DNA from: the human T2T-CHM13v2.0 reference genome, Homo sapiens
Reading direction: 5' to 3' (one strand)
Assembly (NCBI RefSeq): GCF_009914755.1
Contig: NC_060933.1
Length of the DNA stretch: 64,000 nucleotides
The notes beneath the pieces are model-generated. The model ran no database searches, was not told the DNA's origin, and worked only from the letters and a program-made list of their open reading frames with translations. Positions 56,470 through 64,000 of this stretch are shown here, in pieces; position 1 is the first letter of the stretch; each line of letters opens with the position of its first letter. The translations under genes were made by a program, and so were the position numbers.

Positions 56470-57050
56470 CAAGCATTAGTGATAGTATGAAGAAATGGGC
56501 ATGCTCTTGTCTTATAAATTGGCATTCCTTTTCTGGAGAGAAATTTGGCAACAGAAAAATAAAGCCTGAAAAATACACATATCCATTGACCTACCAGCGA
56601 CATTTCTAGAAATTTATCTGAAGGATATAATCAGGATGTGAACAAATATTTATTTATGGAGTGTTTATCACAATTAAAACAGATTACACAAAATATGGAA
56701 ACAACCCAGGAGTTAAATATTAGAGAACAGACTAAATACATTATACCATATCCATATGATGGAATATGAAGTAATTATCATGCCACATAAAAAATACCTA
56801 ATGATAGTGGAAAAAGTAATATCAGATAAAATTCTTTGTTAAATAAAAAAGTAGGTGTCAAATGATGTGAAAGAATGATCCTAATTATGTTCTAAAAATT
56901 TGTATATACACATATACATAATAGGAGTACATACATGTGCTTAGATGGCTGTGCATCAAATATCAGCAGCTGTATTTCTCAGGAGGGGGATTGTGGGTAA
57001 TTTTTACTTTATATTTTTTGCTCGTCTGTATTTTTATTTTCAAAATAAAA
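56470..57050 (+). mobile_element. Old L1 (L1M) 3' fragment
   Basis: TTCTGGAGAGAAATTTGGCAAC ... TTCTAGAAATTTATC ... ATATCCATATGATGGAATAT. Confidence 0.65.
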
Positions 57051-57065
57051 CCATTTTACTTTTGA

Positions 57066-57383
<318 letters not shown>

Positions 57384-57411
57384 CCCCGAATAAATTTTTT
57401 AAAATATATTT

Positions 57412-57715
57412 GTCCAGGCATGGTGGCTCACGCCTGTAATCCCAGCACTTTGGGAGGCCAAGGCAGGCAGATCACGAGGTCAGGAGATTGAGACCATCCT
57501 GGCTAACATGGTGAAACCTATCTCTACTAAAAATACAAAAAATTAGCTGGGCATGGTGGCACGCGCCTGTAGTACCAGCTACTCAGGAGGCTGAGGCAGA
57601 GAATCGCTTGAACCCAGGAGGCAGAAGTTGCAGTGAGCCAAGATCGTGCCACTGCACTCCAGCCTGGGTGACAGAGCAAGACTCCGTCTCAAAAAAAAAA
57701 AAAAAAAAAAAAAAA
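57412..57715 (+). mobile_element. Alu (Sc-like)
   Basis: Full dimer with long A tail. Confidence 0.93.
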
Positions 57716-57859
57716 CCCAAAAACATTTATTAGATGCACAACAAGGTGAATGCACTTAATGCTATAGAACTGTACATTTAAGAATGGTTAAAACGGTAAC
57801 CATTCATATATATTTATCACAATAAAAAGACATTTATTAGAAAATCTAAGTGGCCTTAT

Positions 57860-59290
57860 TGGGTTTGGTGATTATTTTTTAGATACAACACCAAAAGTGC
57901 GGTCCATAAAAGAAAAAATTGGACTTCACTAAAATTAAAAACTTCTCCTCTGAAGAAGACACTGTTGAGAGATGAAAGGACAAACCACAGGCCAGGCACA
58001 GTGGCTCACACCTGTAATCCCAGCACTTTGGGAGGCTGAGGAGGGTGGATCATCTGAGGTCGGGAGTTTGAGACCAGCCTGGCCAACATGGTGAAACCCC
58101 ATCTCTACTAAAAATACAAAAAATTAGCCGGGCTTGGTGGTGTATATCTGTAATCCCAGCTACTTGGGAGGCTGAGACACGAGAATCACTTGAACCCAGG
58201 AGGCAGAGGTTGCATGAGCTGAGATCACGCCACTGCACCCCAGCCTGGGCGACAGGGCGAGACTTCGTCTCAAAAAGAGAGAGAGAAGAAGAAGAAGAAG
58301 AGAAGAGAAGAGAAAAGAAGAGAAGAGAAGAGAAGAACCACAAATTGAGAGAAAACATTTACAAAACACATATCTGATAAAGGACTGGTATCCAAAAATA
58401 TATAAAGAACTCTTAAGAATAAGCAAAAAGAGAACTCTGGGCAAAAGATCTGAACAGACACCTTACCAAAGAAGACATATAGATGCAAACAAGCATACGA
58501 AATGATGCTCCACATCCTATGTCATCAGAAAAACACAAAATAAAACAATGAGATGATACACACCTCTTAGAACAGCCAAAATCCAGAATGCTGACAATGC
58601 CAAATGCTGGCGAGGATGCGGAGTAATACAAACTCTAATTCATTGCTGGTGGGAACGCAAAATGGTCCAGTCACTTTGGAAGACAGCTTGGCAGTTTCTT
58701 ACAAAACTAACTCAAACTAACAATAGTCTTACTATATCCAGAAATTGCTCTCCTTGGTATTTATCCAAATGAGTTGAGAAGTTACGTACACACAAAAGCC
58801 GGCACATGACTGTTTATAGCAGCCTTGTTCATAATTGCCAGAACTGGGAAGTGAGCAAGATGTCCTTCAGCAGGTGAATGGATAAACAAACTCTGCTACC
58901 TCCAGACAATAGAATATTATTCAGCACTAAGAAGAAATGAGCTATGAAGCCATGAAAGACATGAAGGAAATTTAAATGCATATTGTTAAGTGAAAGAAGC
59001 CAACCTGTAAAGGCTACATACTATATGATTCCAAGTATATGGCATTCCAGAAAAGTCAGTATCATGGAGATAGTAAAAAGATCAGTGGCTGCTAGGGATT
59101 CAGGGGAGGAAGGGAGGGATGAATATGTGGAGCACAGGGTATTTTTAGGTTAATGTAATTTTCTGTATGATACTGTAAGGATGGAGAAAGATGTCATTAT
59201 ACATTTGTCAAAACCCACAAAATGTGCAATGCAAAGAATGAGCCCTAATGTAAGCTATGGACTTTAGTTAATAATACTATATCAATATTA

Positions 59291-59294
<4 letters not shown>
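57860..59294 (+). mobile_element. L1MC-like 3' region split by an Alu
   Basis: GGGCAAAAGATCTGAACAGACAC ... CACTTTGGAAGACAG ... GTCATTATACATTTGTCAAAACCCAC. Confidence 0.8.
57990..58336 (+). mobile_element. Alu (S family) with GA-rich (GAAGA)n tail
   Basis: Full dimer; purine tail ~58272-58336; AACCACA on both flanks. Confidence 0.92.
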
Positions 59295-59329
<35 letters not shown>

Positions 59330-59607
59330 CAGAGTCTCACTCTGTCACCCAGTCTGGAGTGCAGTGGCTGCAATCTTGGCTCACTGCAGCCTCCATCTCC
59401 TGGGCTCAAGTGATTCTTCTGCCTCAGCCTCCTGAGTAGCTGGGACTACAGGCGCCCACCACCACGCTTGTCTAATTACTGTATTTTTAGTAGAAGCGGG
59501 GTTTCACCATGTTGGTCAGGCTGGTCTTGAACTCCCGACCTCAAGTGATCCCCTTGCCTCGGCCTCCTGAAGTGCTGGGATTACAGGTGTGAGCCACTGT
59601 GCTCAGC
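59295..59607 (-). mobile_element. Alu (S family) with T32 tail
   Basis: TSD TATT(A/G)GCTC. Confidence 0.92.
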
Positions 59608-61870
59608 TATTGGCTCATTCTTAAAACACAGAAAAAAATAGATTAAAATATTATCCTGAAAAAATATATTTATTAACCAAAACAAAGGTCATTGTTCCCA
59701 GCCACAGTTCTGCTTTTGAAATATTCATTTCCACAATTACCCCTTGGTTACTTCATGCTGCATGAAGTGCCTGACAGCAACCTCTAGAAATTTTCAAGCA
59801 GATCATTTTCATATTGTGTAACAGTAATTTGATCACTGATTCAGTAAAACTCCCAAGTCTCATCATTTTTACATTTTTACATTTTGATTAAATAATTTCA
59901 CCATCCTAATAAATAATCCATATGCATTTTGGGGATCTAACTTCTCAAGATTCCAATAAATGTTTCAGTAGAATCCAGGGGCAAAAACAGTCACATGCAT
60001 AAACCTTAAGAGTTCTGTCATTTCTGATGATAACACAGCATTAGGAAAAAGAAAAAATAAGATGCCAATAGTATTGTATTTATTTAACATGAGTATATTT
60101 ATTATTCTTTGTGAAGACACATGCAGATGTGGTTTTCCCAACTTGAATGGGTTTGCTTGGAAGCATGCTGGGACTTCAGTATTGGCCCTGAGACTAGGAA
60201 GGACTCTGCTATTCATACTTTTTGCCCCTATTATTGGATAGAAGAGTCAAGAGTGATGTGGCTAATTCAGTATTGATTCAGACTTTCTCCCTCCAAGGGA
60301 TCTGCTCAGGTAGTAGAAGAATATTACAGAAGGGGCATCCTGGCAGCACTATTACTCAAAGATACATGGGCTCACGAAGCTTCTGAATTTCAGCAGAATA
60401 TTATTCATCACCTGGAACTATGACAGTTGGAGCTAACTTTTGAAGAAAGGAAGCTGGACAGAGCTGGGCACCAAGCAAATGGCATGGACTTAAGCCTAAG
60501 ATCCAAGTCCCCTCAGAGGACCTAGAGTGGAATCAAGTAATAAAAGTAATGGAAAGTCAGACCTTTCTGTATAGCAAACACAGTAGCTCATGGGCCCACT
60601 GTTGATATGGATGGTGACTGTAGTGAATTCACTGTTGTGCTCCCAAACAACTTAGGGATTGCATGGGGCTTGGCTGAGTGAGCACTGACAATGCCAAGAA
60701 GCAGAGGACTGATAATAATATTGCCTTTGTTTTCACACACCTCTTTTTCTGGTGTTAAAATACTAATTTAGTCGATAGAGTAAAACAGGGACTTGTCTAC
60801 TGTCATAAGAGCAATTAATCCCATTAGATGTCAGTCCTTGGATTCAGCCTTGCCCAGAGCTATACATTTTGAAATGTCAGGTACTTTCTCATAGAAGCTG
60901 GCAAGTCTTCCAGCTTGCTCTTTGATGTTGCAATCAGGTAGTTGATGTTTTAGATCAGTAGATACTCAAATCTTTATCCTACAGGGAGTGCTGACATTGG
61001 CATGAAGCTTGTTAAATGTGGCACTCCGCTGCACATTTGGCCTGCTAAACAAGTATTATACAGAGAAGATGCAGCATATCTTAAGATTATAGAGTTGTAG
61101 AGCTGGAAGAGATGCTAAATATATATACTTGCACTCTTATTTTCTATAAAGACTGTAAAATACTAGAGGGCAGGGATAATGTCTTACTTATTTTAACCTA
61201 ATCAATAGGACTTGCTTCTTTGTACTTGGCAGGCAAAATAATTTAGACTCTTTACATTGTAACCCCTCTGAGAAGGAAACTCTCTTGTTTTGCAAGCATG
61301 TCTTTGCTCCCCAAGTACTTCATGCTAAGGCCAAAGACTCTAGGGTTGTGGTGCTTACTATGCTAAAGGGTCAATTTAGCTTACTATTGCCTCAGAAAGT
61401 AGAAAGGGAAAATCAGCCAGATCTCCATGGGTCTTTTCATTGCCCAGTGGTGTCACCGAGGGTACATGATGCCCACATCACCATTAATCACACTAGCCTT
61501 GCCTGGTTCTCCACAGGTGCTGGGATGCAGAAGATGGGCTGGGACTCCCAATGTGAAAGCTAATTTAGGGACAGTTTATAACATAGAAAGAATCAGTCCC
61601 CCCAAGATGTTCAGGAAGTGTTCTAGTAGTAGCCAAATGTGTACATAGAATTAGCTTCCACTAATCTCATCTATTTCTATTCTTATGGTCTTTTATATAA
61701 GGGGGCTTTTTGCCCCTTCTTGCACCTGGCCTTCATTAGGACCATCCAAGTTCATTCCAATAGTGCTTTAGTAATTCTGAGTCTCCAAGTAAAGAAGCCT
61801 GACTCGCAACCCCTCTTTTCCCAGAAAGCTCCTTGGTTTTAGGAAAATCTGCCCATCTCTCAGGCTCCTT

Positions 61871-62625
<755 letters not shown>

Positions 62626-62659
62626 ACTCCATAACTAGTGAGTATGGAGGAAAGAGAGG

Positions 62660-63065
62660 AAGGTACCTGATGGAGCTTAGTGTGCAAGATGCTTATTAGA
62701 GTTCCCTTGGGACCAATACCTGTGGATAGGAGATAAGGAAGCAGGATTGGGTGTGGGAAAAAGGTGAAACTAAAATGCCAGCCTGACAACAGCCTCAGCT
62801 GACTTCCTGGGAGCTCTAGAGATAAAATGGGTCATAAGTAATGTTCCACATTTGGCCAAATGACCAGGCCTTTATACACTTGCCATTATCAGTCAGTGGG
62901 TGAGAGCTCCCTCAGAAAGGGTGTGACTTTGGGTGAGGTGGCTTTTTGTGGCTGATGCAGTCTCTGAAGGAGCTGACAGCAGAACACTGACAACAGCACT
63001 CTCAGAAGCTGAGCAGCAAGTCTTTCCTTGAGAAGGACTGGGTAGCGCCTCATCCTGGCTACCAC
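62660..63065 (-). mobile_element. LTR16-family ERVL LTR
   Basis: TTAGTGTGCAAGATGCTTATT ... GGAAGCAGGATTGGG ... GGCCTTTATAC ... GTGACTTTGGGTGAGG. Confidence 0.65.
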
Positions 63066-63370
63066 AGCTCCCTCTCTGAGCTGCCACCTGGGGCACTTGC
63101 TATGGCAGAACAGTTCTGGATATTTCCTTCCCCCAGAGCAGTGACTGTACGCACACCTACGTATTAAAAATTGCTCCTTCTGGTGAATTTTCTTATGCAA
63201 ATGCAAAGCTGGCGAAATTTTTATTATTTCACAGTTTGGACCAAAATTCCTCATAGGAGGAAAATTGTCATGGAAAAAAATCTGATGAAAATCTGTTGGG
63301 TTAATGGCGAGACACTGAGAGCTAGGGTCAAGGGTATAGAGGAGATGGCTGAATTGCAGGGCATGAAAAA

Positions 63371-64000
63371 GGGAGAGAGAAGACGGCCATATAGGAACAA
63401 CTCTGGTCTGCAGCTCCTAGTGAGACTGATGCAGAAGACAGGTGATTTCTGCATTTCCAACTGAGGTACGTGGTTCATCTCTGACTGGCTAGACAGTGGG
63501 TGCAGCCCATGGAGGGTGAGCCAAAGCAGGGTGGGGCATCGCCTCAACCAGGAAGTGCAAGTGGTCAGGGGATTTCCCTTTCCTAGCCAAGGGAAGCCGT
63601 GACAGACTGTATCTGGAGAAATGGTACATTCCTGCCCAAATACTGCACTTTTCCCATAGTCTTTGCAACCAGCAGACGAGGGGATTCCCTCCTGTGCCTG
63701 GCTCAGTGGGTCCCACACCCACAGAGCCTTGCTCACTGCTAATGCAGCAGTCCGAGATCGACCTGCAAGGCCGTAGCCTGGCGGGGGAAGGTGATCTGCC
63801 ATTGCTGAGGCTTGAGTAGGTAAACAAAGCGGCCAGGAAGCTCAAACTGGGCGAAGCCCACCACAGCTCAGCAAGGCCTACTGGCTCTATAGACTCCACC
63901 TCAGTGGGCAGGGCATAGCTGAACAAAAGGCAGCAGGAATTTCTGCAGACTCAAACATCCCTGTCCGACAACTCTGAAGAGAGCAGTGGTTCTCCCAGCA
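63371..64000 (+). mobile_element. L1PA (about PA6/PA7) 5' UTR, element continues past the right edge
   Basis: AAGACGGCCATATAGGAACAACTCTGGTCTGCAGCTCC ... GGTGATTTCTGCATTTCCAACTGAGGTAC ... AGTAGGTAAACAAAGCGGCC. An ORF0-like peptide is on the minus strand. Confidence 0.93.

Overview
Primate, most likely human, genomic DNA containing the 5' end of GNAQ (G-protein alpha-q) on the minus strand. Coding exon 1 (40219-40354; [10 protein letters not shown]...ELKLLLL/G, phase-1 GT donor) lies in a ~2-kb CpG island (~39.6-41.7 kb). Positions 1-40218 are the first 40 kb of intron 1, and 41.7-64 kb is upstream intergenic DNA. The rest is mostly interspersed repeats, called by eye: 29 Alus or Alu fragments, L1/L2/L3/MIR relics, ERVL/MaLR LTRs, hAT and Tigger DNA transposons, and the 5' UTR of an L1PA at the right edge. 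I see no other protein-coding gene, RNA gene or CRISPR array, and nothing I can support as a wholly new system. The strongest candidates concern GNAQ 5'-end control. (1) A 38-codon uORF, missed by the ORF track, reads the 5' (GGC)7 repeat as an 8-arginine run. (2) A phase-compatible alternative first exon in intron 1 would replace the palmitoylated N-terminus with MGERWADSQLDSRSTH. (3) An upstream L1PA has its antisense promoter facing GNAQ and an ORF0 frameshifted into a 183-codon ORF. (4) A (TTTCA)11 Alu-tail repeat, a CTCF site with its upstream module, a perfect 63-bp tandem duplication, and a head-to-head Alu pair only ~28 bp apart. Repeat boundaries and subfamilies are approximate.
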